Assembly: GCA_965221905.1 (NCBI GenBank)
Contig: OZ244922.1
Coordinates: 1,408,001 to 1,472,000, forward strand
Reading direction: 5' to 3'
Length of the DNA stretch: 64,000 nucleotides
Source: Chloroflexota bacterium
Lineage (GTDB): Bacteria > Chloroflexota > UBA11872 > VXOZ01
Positions within the stretch are counted from its first letter, which is position 1. Every line of letters starts with the position of its first letter. The notes beneath the pieces are model-generated. The model was not told the origin of the DNA and did not search any database. It worked only from the letters and a program-made list of their open reading frames with translations. Positions 40,393-50,395 of the stretch are shown piece after piece. A program made the translations under genes and the position numbers.

Positions 40393-41357
40393 TGGCCGAG
40401 GTAAAGAGTAGCGGCCCGGGCGCCGAGGCGACGACACAGCCGCGAGCGGGAGCAAAACCGAAGACCGGCCTGCGCCGGATTTTCGCCCAATATGGCGTGT
40501 CGTATGCGTTCCTGCTGCCTTATATGATCTTCTTTTTCGCCTTCTTGATCATTCCAGTAGGCGTGGCTATTTGGCTTAGCTTCACGTACTTCAACATGCT
40601 GGAACCGCCGCGCATCATAGGTTGGTCCAACTATCGTTTGCTGTTTCTAGAGGATGATATCTTTGTTCTGTCAATTCGTAATACCTTATTCTTTGCCTTT
40701 ATTACGGGGCCGGTTAGCCTAACCGCATCCTTCCTGCTCGCTTGGTTTATCAACCGGATCCGGGTGCGGACCATCTATGCGTTGGCTTTCTACGCGCCGT
40801 CACTCACAAGCGCAATTGCAATGGCAGTTGTCTGGCGCATCGTCTTTTCCGGCGACCGCTACGGCTACATGAACTACTTTATGATGCGCATGGGTTTCAT
40901 TCAAGAGCCGTTTCTGTGGCTCATCGATCAGCGGACTATGTTGCCGGTAATTATGTTTGTCATGCTTTGGATGAGTATGGGCAATAATTTCCTGGTATTC
41001 CTTGCCGGTTTGCAGACTGTGAACACAGAACTCTATGAGGCTGGGAAAGTGGACGGGATCGCCCATCCGCTCCAGGAGATGTGGTACATTACTCTGCCTT
41101 CGATGAAACCGCAGGTGTTGTTCGGTGTTATCAATGCCGTGGTGCTGATGTTCTCGGCGGGGTTCGAGATTTCGCTATCCCTGGCCGGGCTACCCAGCCC
41201 ACTCTACGCCGCACATATGATTCTGTCTCACCTGTACGACTACGCCTTTATTCGATTTGAGATGGGATATGCGGCTGCAATTGCCGTGATACTCTTCATC
41301 ATTACCTTTGGTGTCGGGCAAGGCGCTTTGCGTATGCTTTCGACCAAAGACGAATAA
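40392..41357 (+). CDS. Carbohydrate ABC permease (MalF-type)
   Basis: ELYEAGKVDG loop, FEMGYAAA. Confidence 0.93.
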   Translation: MAEVKSSGPGAEATTQPRAGAKPKTGLRRIFAQYGVSYAFLLPYMIFFFAFLIIPVGVAIWLSFTYFNMLEPPRIIGWSNYRLLFLEDDIFVLSIRNTLFFAFITGPVSLTASFLLAWFINRIRVRTIYALAFYAPSLTSAIAMAVVWRIVFSGDRYGYMNYFMMRMGFIQEPFLWLIDQRTMLPVIMFVMLWMSMGNNFLVFLAGLQTVNTELYEAGKVDGIAHPLQEMWYITLPSMKPQVLFGVINAVVLMFSAGFEISLSLAGLPSPLYAAHMILSHLYDYAFIRFEMGYAAAIAVILFIITFGVGQGALRMLSTKDE

Positions 41358-41378
41358 CTAAGGAAGGGGAATCGGTAG

Positions 41379-42239
41379 ATGATAATTCGAGTTGGCAGAT
41401 TTAAGATGACGAGCGGTGAGTTTACGACCATCGCAGCGTTGACCATACTTGCTGCATTCATGTCGTTGCCACTGATCTTCGTCGTTTCGCACGCATTGAA
41501 ACCAATAGATGAACTGTTCCTCTTCCCGCCGCGCTTTATAGTGCGGAATCCTACCCTGCGTAATTTCCAGGACCTATTGATCGCTACGTATTCGCTCAAT
41601 GTGCCGTTCATTCGATACATCTTCAATAGTGTGTTTGTGGCCTTCTGTACCGTAATCGGCGGGGTTTTGCTGGCGAGCTTGGCTGCTTATCCCTTGGCGA
41701 AGCATAACTTTCCCGGACGCAATGCGATGTTCATGGTGGTTATCGCGGCGCTCATGTTTACCCCGCAGGTGACGGCAATTCCACGGTACCTCGTGGTCTA
41801 TCAGCTCGGAATCATCGATACCTATTTTGCTCTCGTGCTTCCCAACCTGGCGATCCCATATGCGCTATTCTTGATGAAGCAGTTCATGGAGCAGATACCG
41901 GAAGCGCTGATAGAATCGGCCAAAATTGACGGCGCATCGGAGTGGACTGTGTTTTGGCGTGTCATTATGCCTTTGGTGACTCCGGCATGGGCTACGCTGG
42001 TTATCATCATCTTCGTTGCGACGTGGAATGATATCTGGGCGCCTTTGGTGTTTACGCGAACGGAATCGATGCGGACCCTGCCCATTGCATTGCAGACTCT
42101 GATTAGTCAGGGATCTGTAGCCCGGCAGGGAGCATATGCGGCCGCAACCTTTATTATGATTACGCCGCCGGTGGTACTGTTTACTCTTGTGCAGCGGCGA
42201 GTGATTGCTACAATGGCACACTCAGGAATCAAGGCGTGA
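41379..42239 (+). CDS. Carbohydrate ABC permease (MalG-type)
   Basis: IPEALIESAKIDGAS loop, 6 TM. Confidence 0.93.
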   Translation: MIIRVGRFKMTSGEFTTIAALTILAAFMSLPLIFVVSHALKPIDELFLFPPRFIVRNPTLRNFQDLLIATYSLNVPFIRYIFNSVFVAFCTVIGGVLLASLAAYPLAKHNFPGRNAMFMVVIAALMFTPQVTAIPRYLVVYQLGIIDTYFALVLPNLAIPYALFLMKQFMEQIPEALIESAKIDGASEWTVFWRVIMPLVTPAWATLVIIIFVATWNDIWAPLVFTRTESMRTLPIALQTLISQGSVARQGAYAAATFIMITPPVVLFTLVQRRVIATMAHSGIKA

Positions 42240-42287
42240 CGTCTTGGCTTGTAGCAAGTAGCGAGTACATCAGAAGTGGGTAAGGGA

Positions 42288-44405
42288 ATGGCAACAATGT
42301 TTAGACAGAGAGGGTCAAGGTTGAGAGCAGGGCTGGCACTGCTGGCGGCGATTTGGCTTATCCTTACATTTGCTGGCACTGCATCTGCTTTGGAACTTGA
42401 TCCAAAGCTGTCATACACGATTGATCCCCGTAGACAACGGGTGCCGTCACCCCTGCCCTATATCTTTGAGAAAGAGATAAACGGTATTCACCTGCCGACA
42501 GGTGCGTTCAAGGAGCCCTCTGACCTGTTCATCGACCATGAGGAGAACCTGTGGCTTGCCGATACAGGCAACGACCGGATTCTCAAGTTCTCCAGAGAGG
42601 GCGAGTATCTCATGGAAGTCAGCAATTTGAGTAAGCCCGAAGGTGTCTATGTTGACCCGGATGGGAATATCTTCGTTGCTGATACTGGCAATAACCGCAT
42701 TCTTCGGTTGACTCCGAGTGGAGGTTTTGTTGACGAGTTCTTCAAGCCCTCGACGACACTAATCCCAATTGACCATACGTTTGCACCCAGCAAACTTGTG
42801 GTAGACCGGAGTGGTCGTATCTACACATTAGAAGCGGGGAGCAATCTCGGCATTATTGTGCTGGATGGCGAAGGGAACTTCCGTGGCTTCTTCGGGGCTA
42901 CGCGGCTGGACTTTAGCTTGCGCCGCCTGATTGTCAGCATGTTTGCAACCAAAGACCAGCGGCGGAAGATCTTCTTGCCCCAACCCACGCCGCACTCTAA
43001 TCTATTCCTTTCCGAAGACGGCTTCCTCTATACCGTCGTGGCGACTGCTGTAAAGGACCAGTTACAAAAGCTTAGTCCTGTGGGCGTTAACGTCTACCCC
43101 CACTCGACTTCCGTCGCAGTTTACATGCGGTTCTTCAAAGAGGATTCCCTTAAGTTCTACGGCGAGCGCCAAGGAGCAGGTAGACGCACTCAGTTTCCAC
43201 GATTTTCGGATGTCAACGTTAATGAATCGGGCATTATCACCGTCGTAGATGCAAATTCGGCAAAAGTGTATCAGTACGATCAAGACGGCGAGCCGCTCTT
43301 GGCGTTTGGTGGTCGGGGAGTGCAGCAAGGGCAGCTTGGATATCCGACTAGTGTGGTGACGGACTCAGAGGGTTCGCTATTCATCCTAGATGCCATTCGC
43401 AACAATATCCAGGTGTATCGCCCCACCCTCTTCGCACGCTTAGTTCACTCTGCGAGCAAATTCTATTGGGACGGTCGATACGACGAGGCGGCAAACTTAT
43501 GGCAGCAAGTCCTAAAGATCGATGCCAACATGTACCTTGCGCATAGCGCTCTGGGCAAGGCTCTTTACCGTCAGGAGCGTTACCAAGATGCAATGGTCGA
43601 GTATTTCAGAGGCTACGATAAGGATGAATATGCGAAATCCTACTCCGAGGCCCGGTACTTGTGGATGCGCGCTAACTTTGGGTTGTTTATGTTGTATGTA
43701 TTCCTGGGTATCGGCGCAATCATAGTCATTCCACGGGGCACGCGCCGTGTGTTTGCACTCGGTTTTCAGCGCGGTATCCTCAAGCGGGAAAGTACGTGGT
43801 ACAGGATCTACCGTCAGGCGGTTGGCGTCTTGCGCGACCCGATGGAGACATTTTGGGCATTGCGCGAAGATTCAACGTGGTGGACCGTGTGGACGTTGCT
43901 GGCTTTGGCTATTATCGTGCGCATGATTACGCTCAACGTGGTGAGTTTCCATTACTCCAGCATCGATCCTGAAGATATCAACTTTGTCTTGGAAGTCTCG
44001 CGAATTCTGGTTCCCTTCTTTGTCTGGGTGATAGCGAACTACGGAGTGAGTGCGATTTTCTACGGAGAAGGCTCGCCGAAGGTGGTGGCTGCGACTACTG
44101 CATATTGTTTGCAGCCGTACATCCTAATCGCCCTGCCGTTGGCTCTGGTTTCGAACGTGCTTACCAAGGATGAGAGTGCGTTGTATGGCTTTGCGCAGAC
44201 CTTCATGTATTGGTGGATGGGTATTCTCATCTACATGCAGGTGAAGGTGGTGCACGACTTTGAATTCAAACAGGCCGCAGGTGTAAGTTTCTTAAATATC
44301 ATGGGTATGGTTGCAATATTCGGCATCTCCGCCCTTAGCTATTTCATGACGTCGCGGGTGATCCGCTTCCTCTGGGAGGTTGTTTATGAAGTTGTCACTC
44401 GTTAG
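42288..44405 (+). CDS. NHL beta-propeller + TPR + Yip1 multi-pass membrane fusion protein
   Basis: Signal peptide; ADTGN.RI NHL repeats; TPR (AHSALGKALY); TM helix; C-terminal multi-TM Yip1-like domain; start ATG 42288. Confidence 0.8.
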   Translation: MATMFRQRGSRLRAGLALLAAIWLILTFAGTASALELDPKLSYTIDPRRQRVPSPLPYIFEKEINGIHLPTGAFKEPSDLFIDHEENLWLADTGNDRILKFSREGEYLMEVSNLSKPEGVYVDPDGNIFVADTGNNRILRLTPSGGFVDEFFKPSTTLIPIDHTFAPSKLVVDRSGRIYTLEAGSNLGIIVLDGEGNFRGFFGATRLDFSLRRLIVSMFATKDQRRKIFLPQPTPHSNLFLSEDGFLYTVVATAVKDQLQKLSPVGVNVYPHSTSVAVYMRFFKEDSLKFYGERQGAGRRTQFPRFSDVNVNESGIITVVDANSAKVYQYDQDGEPLLAFGGRGVQQGQLGYPTSVVTDSEGSLFILDAIRNNIQVYRPTLFARLVHSASKFYWDGRYDEAANLWQQVLKIDANMYLAHSALGKALYRQERYQDAMVEYFRGYDKDEYAKSYSEARYLWMRANFGLFMLYVFLGIGAIIVIPRGTRRVFALGFQRGILKRESTWYRIYRQAVGVLRDPMETFWALREDSTWWTVWTLLALAIIVRMITLNVVSFHYSSIDPEDINFVLEVSRILVPFFVWVIANYGVSAIFYGEGSPKVVAATTAYCLQPYILIALPLALVSNVLTKDESALYGFAQTFMYWWMGILIYMQVKVVHDFEFKQAAGVSFLNIMGMVAIFGISALSYFMTSRVIRFLWEVVYEVVTR

Positions 44406-46836
44406 AGGGTGGCGTTTCGCACGGTTTTTAGTGCCGCTAATCCTGCTTTTAACTATATTGCCAATCGTGCCGGTGACGGCTGCTCCGGTCATGGATCCTG
44501 CTAATGAGCTTGGTCCGCAGTTTGAATTGATGAGTAAGGTAGAGCATTTGTCGCTCTTCCTGAATAAAGAAAATTCACAACTCGCGGTATTCGATGACCG
44601 TGAAGATGGGCAGCTGTGGCGTAGTTCTCCGATTATGGAAAACCCTGAGGCAGTTTCAGACTCCATCAAGGCGCGCCTAAATTCGGTTGTTATTGTGGAG
44701 TATACCGACAAGGTGCGTACGCAGACTCGTGTTGCCGATATCATCTCCGATCAGCCGAAGATGACGTTTGATCCCATCGACGGCGGTGTCCGGGTGGACT
44801 ATCTGTTTGAGGAGTTGAATATTGGCTTCACTATCAGTTACTGGCTAGAAAATGACCGGTTAGTCGTTGCGGTTGACGAAGATAGTGTGCGCGAGACAGA
44901 AGAACGGCTGCTGGTAACCTTGGATATAATGCCGTTTCTTGGCGCTGCTACCAACGAGGATAAGGGATATCTATTTGTGCCGGATGGCCCCGGCGCTATC
45001 GTGCACTTCCGGCCCGAGCAACCTGAATACCGGCACAACTTCCTGGCCGAGGTTTACGGGCCGGCACTTTTCTCTTTCGAACCTGAACAACAACAAGGGC
45101 CGATACCGGTACCAGTCTTTGGGTTAGTGCGCGGTGATTCGGCCTTTACTGGAATTGTGACCAAGGGTGACATGGACGTAAACATCAGTGCGGCGCTCAG
45201 CTACACCGCCCTGGGTTACAACCGTATTTCGGGTCAGTTTATATTCAGACGCAAGGCGCCATTCCCGTTGCGGCGCGCTTCATTTGTGACCCGTTTCGAG
45301 CAAGAGCGTGTTGAAGGTGACCGCGAACTGAAATTTGCGTTCCTGCGTGGCTACGAGGCCTCGTACGTCGGTATGGCTAAGAAGTATCGTGACTACTTGA
45401 TGAGTGAACGTGGCTTGCAGCAACTTGCAGAAGCTAATCCGTTCCTGCATCTTCGTATTTTCATGGCTATGCAGCGTGAAGCCTTCCCGCGAGACCAGTT
45501 TATTACCATGACCACGTTCGACGAGGCCTTGGGAATGCTCAAGACCCTCAAGGAGGAACGAGGCCTGGATAACCTCCGCATAACCCTGGTGGGATGGAAC
45601 CAGGATGGGTACGACTGGTCATTGCCAAAACGGCTGCCTGCTGAAGGAAAACTCGGTGGTGATGAAGGACTGCGAGCAGTCTCAAACTACGCTAATGCAA
45701 ACAATATCCCAATCTATCTTGAGGACAACTATCTGCTCGCCTTCAGGAACCTTGACTCATTCTTGCGTTTCAACCCCTTGACAGACGTTATGCGTGGGGC
45801 AAATCGCTTGCCGGTCACGACCAACTATGTGGGCTTTAAGCGAAAAGAGGATGAACCGCACACTGAGGTACAGTTACTGCGGCCGGAAATTGCCCGTGAT
45901 CGCTATGCAGCCACTGACATTGCGAAGATGAGTGAGTATGGCATCTCCGGCGTTGAGTTCCGGTTCTTTGGGAAGGTGGCACTAAACCACTATCCCCTTA
46001 TTTTTGCCGGTAGGTCTCTATTTACTGCTGGCCTCAGAGTGCTTGGATTGACAGCTATTATCGCAATTGGGCTCTACGCTGTCTTGGTAGGGACCAGGCG
46101 TCCGGGCGATACAATGTTTGGTCAGTTGATTGGCGGTGCTCTTTGGCGTCCGATTGTTACTGCGGCGCTCCTGTTCGTCCTGGCAGGAGGCTATTTTATC
46201 GAGGTTCAGAATATGCGGCAGCCTGTCGATACAGAGCAGGGCGGTACTAGACTAAGCCGGCAGGACTTTGTCGGAATTTGGAAAGATATTGTTCAGATTA
46301 GCATGCAGGAAACGGGCGCGGCTGTTATTCAGGGTGGGAATGCGTACATGCTCGATACAACCGATTTCTTTACCCGGGTGCCACTAGACCGCTATAATTA
46401 TGTGTTTAGTGAGGAGACGGTGCCGTTCTTCCCGCTGGCAGTGCACGGTTTAGTTCGCTATACGGGCGACGAAAGCAATTTGCGCAGTGATCGCGACGAA
46501 TTTCTACGCGCGATTGAATATGGTGCGCTCCCAACATTCGAGCTCACTACTAACCCAAGCGTTCTTCTTACCCGGACCCAGTACAACCGTCTCTATTCAT
46601 CGCGGTTTGCCGACTGGGAACCGCAAATAGTCGATGAGTACGAGCTATTTGTGAGGCAGTTGGGCTATACAGTCAATCTACTCATGGATGACCATAGGCA
46701 GATTGCTGATGGCGTCTATGAGACTGTGTATGAAGACGGGACGCGAGTGATTGTGAATTACAAGACGCGTCGCTACACGGATGGCGAGCACGCGGTTGAG
46801 GGCCAGAACTATCTCATAATTCCGCCGCGGAGGTAA
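44386..46836 (+). CDS. DUF5696-like protein (glycoside hydrolase-like) with internal TM hairpin
   Basis: Signal peptide; VPDGPGA, PVFG, YVGMAKKYRDYL, MTTFDEA, GW..GY, LGG..GL, VPF...VHG, L.AIEYGA.P.F. Confidence 0.75.
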   Translation: MKLSLVRGWRFARFLVPLILLLTILPIVPVTAAPVMDPANELGPQFELMSKVEHLSLFLNKENSQLAVFDDREDGQLWRSSPIMENPEAVSDSIKARLNSVVIVEYTDKVRTQTRVADIISDQPKMTFDPIDGGVRVDYLFEELNIGFTISYWLENDRLVVAVDEDSVRETEERLLVTLDIMPFLGAATNEDKGYLFVPDGPGAIVHFRPEQPEYRHNFLAEVYGPALFSFEPEQQQGPIPVPVFGLVRGDSAFTGIVTKGDMDVNISAALSYTALGYNRISGQFIFRRKAPFPLRRASFVTRFEQERVEGDRELKFAFLRGYEASYVGMAKKYRDYLMSERGLQQLAEANPFLHLRIFMAMQREAFPRDQFITMTTFDEALGMLKTLKEERGLDNLRITLVGWNQDGYDWSLPKRLPAEGKLGGDEGLRAVSNYANANNIPIYLEDNYLLAFRNLDSFLRFNPLTDVMRGANRLPVTTNYVGFKRKEDEPHTEVQLLRPEIARDRYAATDIAKMSEYGISGVEFRFFGKVALNHYPLIFAGRSLFTAGLRVLGLTAIIAIGLYAVLVGTRRPGDTMFGQLIGGALWRPIVTAALLFVLAGGYFIEVQNMRQPVDTEQGGTRLSRQDFVGIWKDIVQISMQETGAAVIQGGNAYMLDTTDFFTRVPLDRYNYVFSEETVPFFPLAVHGLVRYTGDESNLRSDRDEFLRAIEYGALPTFELTTNPSVLLTRTQYNRLYSSRFADWEPQIVDEYELFVRQLGYTVNLLMDDHRQIADGVYETVYEDGTRVIVNYKTRRYTDGEHAVEGQNYLIIPPRR

Positions 46837-46841
46837 CGGCT

Positions 46842-47816
46842 ATGCAATTCGAAGATAACTTTACGTGGGTAGCTATACTTACGGGGTTGGCGTTTGTGGT
46901 GCCGGCACTTATTCTTTCGGTTCGTGTCGTTTTGTCTGCGGTCGGCGTTCGGATGACTTATCGATTTCAACGTGCTTTGGATGGATACTTCTATATTAGT
47001 ACGTGGATCGTAGGTTTCTTGATTTTTCTTGCCTGGCCGTTGTTCCAGTCCCTTTACGTCAGCTTTCATAACGTCAAGATTACAAGCTCTGAGCTCAAGC
47101 TGACGTTCATAGGTTGGGAAAACTACGCAGAGCCGTTCTTGGAGGATATTCATTTCCTGCCTTTGTTCACCAAGACGGTGGCTAACTTGCTGACGGACCT
47201 GCCGATTATCTTGGTGTTTTCGCTGTTTGTCTCGATCTTGGTTGTGCAGGACATGCCTGGGCGTGGTATTTTCCGCATGCTTCTCTTTATGCCGGTGGTG
47301 ATCGGTTCCGCGATTGTCATTCGCCGTCTTTTTGGCGAAGGGGTGAGTACGGAAGCTATCGGTATTAGCGTACAGACGCTGAGTGAGGTCGTGTTTACCT
47401 ACCTGCAGGGCACGATTGCGGATTGGGTTCTCGACTTGGTGAATCGCGTGACCCTGGTTCTTTGGCGAACCGGGGTGCAGATCCTCATCTTCGTGGCCGG
47501 ACTGCATAGTATCCCGCTGACCATGCGGGAGGCCGCCAAGACAGACGGGGCTTCCGGTTGGCAGATCTTTTGGCGGATTACGTTGCCCATGCTCTCGCCG
47601 GTCATTCTGGTCAACGTTGTATACACCATTGTGGATTCTTTTACCGACAACTTTAATGAGGTACTTACTTACATTCAGACCGTGGGCCTTACCCGAGACT
47701 TCCGACTTGGCTATGCGGCGGCTTTGGGTTGGATGTATTTTGCCTCGATCTTCTTGTTCATGGCGCTTGCTTTGTTGATTTCAAGGCGCTTTGTATTTTA
47801 CGCTGGTGAACGGTAG
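46842..47816 (+). CDS. Carbohydrate ABC permease (MalF-type)
   Basis: EAAKTDGASGWQIFWRITLP, GYAAA. Confidence 0.92.
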   Translation: MQFEDNFTWVAILTGLAFVVPALILSVRVVLSAVGVRMTYRFQRALDGYFYISTWIVGFLIFLAWPLFQSLYVSFHNVKITSSELKLTFIGWENYAEPFLEDIHFLPLFTKTVANLLTDLPIILVFSLFVSILVVQDMPGRGIFRMLLFMPVVIGSAIVIRRLFGEGVSTEAIGISVQTLSEVVFTYLQGTIADWVLDLVNRVTLVLWRTGVQILIFVAGLHSIPLTMREAAKTDGASGWQIFWRITLPMLSPVILVNVVYTIVDSFTDNFNEVLTYIQTVGLTRDFRLGYAAALGWMYFASIFLFMALALLISRRFVFYAGER

Positions 47817-47830
47817 GGAGTACCTGGCAC

Positions 47831-48769
47831 ATGGCTGATTCTGTATTCGTCATTCGGCAGCGCCAAGGTGTACTGGGTGCACTTACGTCGCGTAAGTGGT
47901 GGGCGGCGGTGTTTATGCGCCTCGCTACGTATATTATCCTTATCAATGTCTGCTTTGTATTTCTCTTTCCCGTTATATACATGTTTTCGACCTCGCTCAA
48001 GACGGTTGCGGACCTTGCGGACCTTACGGTGCTTTGGATCCCGCGTACCTTCTTCTGGAGAAATTATGAACTCGCTATAAGCGGCATGCTCTATTGGCAG
48101 GCGGCGCGCAATAGCGTCATCATTTCGCTTGGCTCGGGAATACTGCAGACTGTTGCTTGTTCATTTGTGGCTTACGGTTTCGCGCGTATACCCTTTCCCG
48201 GGCGGGATATTCTCTTTCTGCTGGTCCTGTTCACCTTTCTAGTTCCGCCGCAGACCATTATCGTCCCCCTCTTCATCCTGTACCGCAACCTTGGGTTCAT
48301 GGATACGTACTTCCCCTTCCTGATGCCTGCCCTGTTTGGTCACGGCCTGAGGGGTGCGCTCTTTATTCTGGTCTTCCGACAGTTCTTCAAGAATTTACCG
48401 TACGAGTTGGAGGATGCGGCACGTATCGACGGAGCAGGGCCGTTCAGTGTGTATTGGCGTATTATGCTGCCCCTTGCAGCTCCGGCGATTATTGTTGTGT
48501 TTCTCTTTTCTTTGGTTTGGCACTGGAACGACTTCTTCGAGCCGACCATTTATCTATTCGACCAGAACAACTTTACTTTGCCGTTACGTCTCTCAATTCT
48601 GAGTGCCGCGCTGTTGCAAATGCTTGCCGGTCAAGGCGCTGGGGATGAATTCAATGAGGCTGTAATTATGGCGGCGTCATTCCTTGTCATTATGCCCCCA
48701 CTCGTGGTCTATCTCTTTACCCAACGCTATTTCGTGGAAAGCGTGGACCGCACGGGCTTGGTTGAGTAG
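47831..48769 (+). CDS. Carbohydrate ABC permease (MalG-type)
   Basis: LPYELEDAARIDGAG, WHWND, FVESVDRTG. Confidence 0.92.
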   Translation: MADSVFVIRQRQGVLGALTSRKWWAAVFMRLATYIILINVCFVFLFPVIYMFSTSLKTVADLADLTVLWIPRTFFWRNYELAISGMLYWQAARNSVIISLGSGILQTVACSFVAYGFARIPFPGRDILFLLVLFTFLVPPQTIIVPLFILYRNLGFMDTYFPFLMPALFGHGLRGALFILVFRQFFKNLPYELEDAARIDGAGPFSVYWRIMLPLAAPAIIVVFLFSLVWHWNDFFEPTIYLFDQNNFTLPLRLSILSAALLQMLAGQGAGDEFNEAVIMAASFLVIMPPLVVYLFTQRYFVESVDRTGLVE

Positions 48770-49217
48770 ATGCGCTCGGGTCAGCGTGGCTCTTGTGCTG
48801 CACTCTGGGTGGCTCGTGGGTTCATTCAGGCCGGGTAGATGTCTCTCTATGGCCATTGATCGGCAGTGCCTTGGCAAGCGTTCTATTCTTGAGTAGAGCG
48901 CTTAGGGCGGGAGGCTCTTGCTCAGGCGCGGTTGTATCATGCCAGGCTGGGGTGCCTTCTTAGGTCTTACTAGTGATTTCTTGCGGCACAGCAAGGCATC
49001 AGGGGGATCTGCGCTATGCCGAGGGCCTTTTGAAATTTGTAGGTATCTCTGACTGTCGCCAACAGCAGCGCTTTTTGTCATGCATCAAATTGCTGAAGGC
49101 ATTGGGAAGCCACTTGTAGGTCGATAGCTTCGTTTATGGTGCCCGTGGTGAGGCGAGACCAGTCGTTGTCCGAGTGTCAAATAGGATTAGGTAACTGCTA
49201 GGTCGTGCAATTCGGTA

Positions 49218-50216
49218 TTGATGGAGCCCTATAGGTTTAAATCGCCCGCCCCTATCAGACGCAGGCGGCGGCCTGCCTTCCGCGTTTGGGTGATAGCGAT
49301 GGTCTTGGTCTTGGGAGGCGTGATGCTGCTCGTGCGCCTGACGCCAGGTTCGACAGGACCGGTTATCACGGTAACTGAAAACACGCCGGTGACTGCTGCA
49401 GAGATTGTCTCGACGGTTTCCCCTCCGCGTCCTCACTTTTCCTATGCTTGGTTGGAAGCTAATCCCGCACCTGCCTTGAGTAACTTCACGGCAAAGTCCG
49501 CTTTTCTTGTAGATCTTTCTACCAAGACTGTCCTCTATGCCAGAAATGAGCACGAGCAGCGGGCGCCTTCGAGCACCACCAAGATACTCACTGCAATCAT
49601 TGCCTTAGAAAATGGCGATCCTGGCCAAAAGGTGCTGATCTCAGATCGAGCCGCAATGGCGGAACCCAATGTGATGGGACTGAGCGCCGGTGAGGTGGTG
49701 ACCTTGGACATATTGCTCTATGGGATGTTGCTCGACTCCGGAAATGACGCAGCGATTGCGGTTACAGAAGGCACACTCGGCTACGATGCGTTTATTCAGG
49801 CCATGAATGCGAAGGTTCAGGAGCTAGGGTTGCAAAACACGAAGTTTAGCAACCCTACCGGATACGATGAAGACACGCTGCCTCACTACTCATCCGCCCA
49901 TGACTTGGCTGCGCTGGCAAAGTATGCGCTTGAGTGGACTCCTGAAATCGTCGATTATGCCGGGGTAAAGCGTATCGAGTTTACGGCTACGGACGAGCAC
50001 GGCTGGTACGGGCCGTGGAACCTGAATCGATTGCTGTGGACGTATGACGGTACCTATGGCCTAAAGCCCGGCTGGACTCCTGACGCGGAATACTGTTTGG
50101 TCGCGGTTGCGGAACGGGATGGTCGCCAATTGCTGGTCGTGGTGCTGGGTTCTTCCCAGCATTTTACCGATGCTGCCGTCCTGCTGGACTATGGGTTCTC
50201 GCAAACGCCTGTCTAG
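49218..50216 (+). CDS. D-alanyl-D-alanine carboxypeptidase (peptidase S11)
   Basis: SSTTK (SxxK), SGN (SxN), KPG; N-terminal TM anchor. Confidence 0.9.
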   Translation: MMEPYRFKSPAPIRRRRRPAFRVWVIAMVLVLGGVMLLVRLTPGSTGPVITVTENTPVTAAEIVSTVSPPRPHFSYAWLEANPAPALSNFTAKSAFLVDLSTKTVLYARNEHEQRAPSSTTKILTAIIALENGDPGQKVLISDRAAMAEPNVMGLSAGEVVTLDILLYGMLLDSGNDAAIAVTEGTLGYDAFIQAMNAKVQELGLQNTKFSNPTGYDEDTLPHYSSAHDLAALAKYALEWTPEIVDYAGVKRIEFTATDEHGWYGPWNLNRLLWTYDGTYGLKPGWTPDAEYCLVAVAERDGRQLLVVVLGSSQHFTDAAVLLDYGFSQTPV

Positions 50217-50395
50217 GCGGCAAGACAAGGTTGACAGTGGCAGCCGATCGACTGCTTGCGGCTAGGTCATAGCTGCTCGACACCGCTAGTATGGCGTGAT
50301 AATCGCTTCTGAGTTTGCCTTGGCAGCTATGCAAGCCCGCCAATTGAGCGTGGAGTAGACAGGTCAAGGAGACGTGTCTAGGGTTCGGGGACGTC

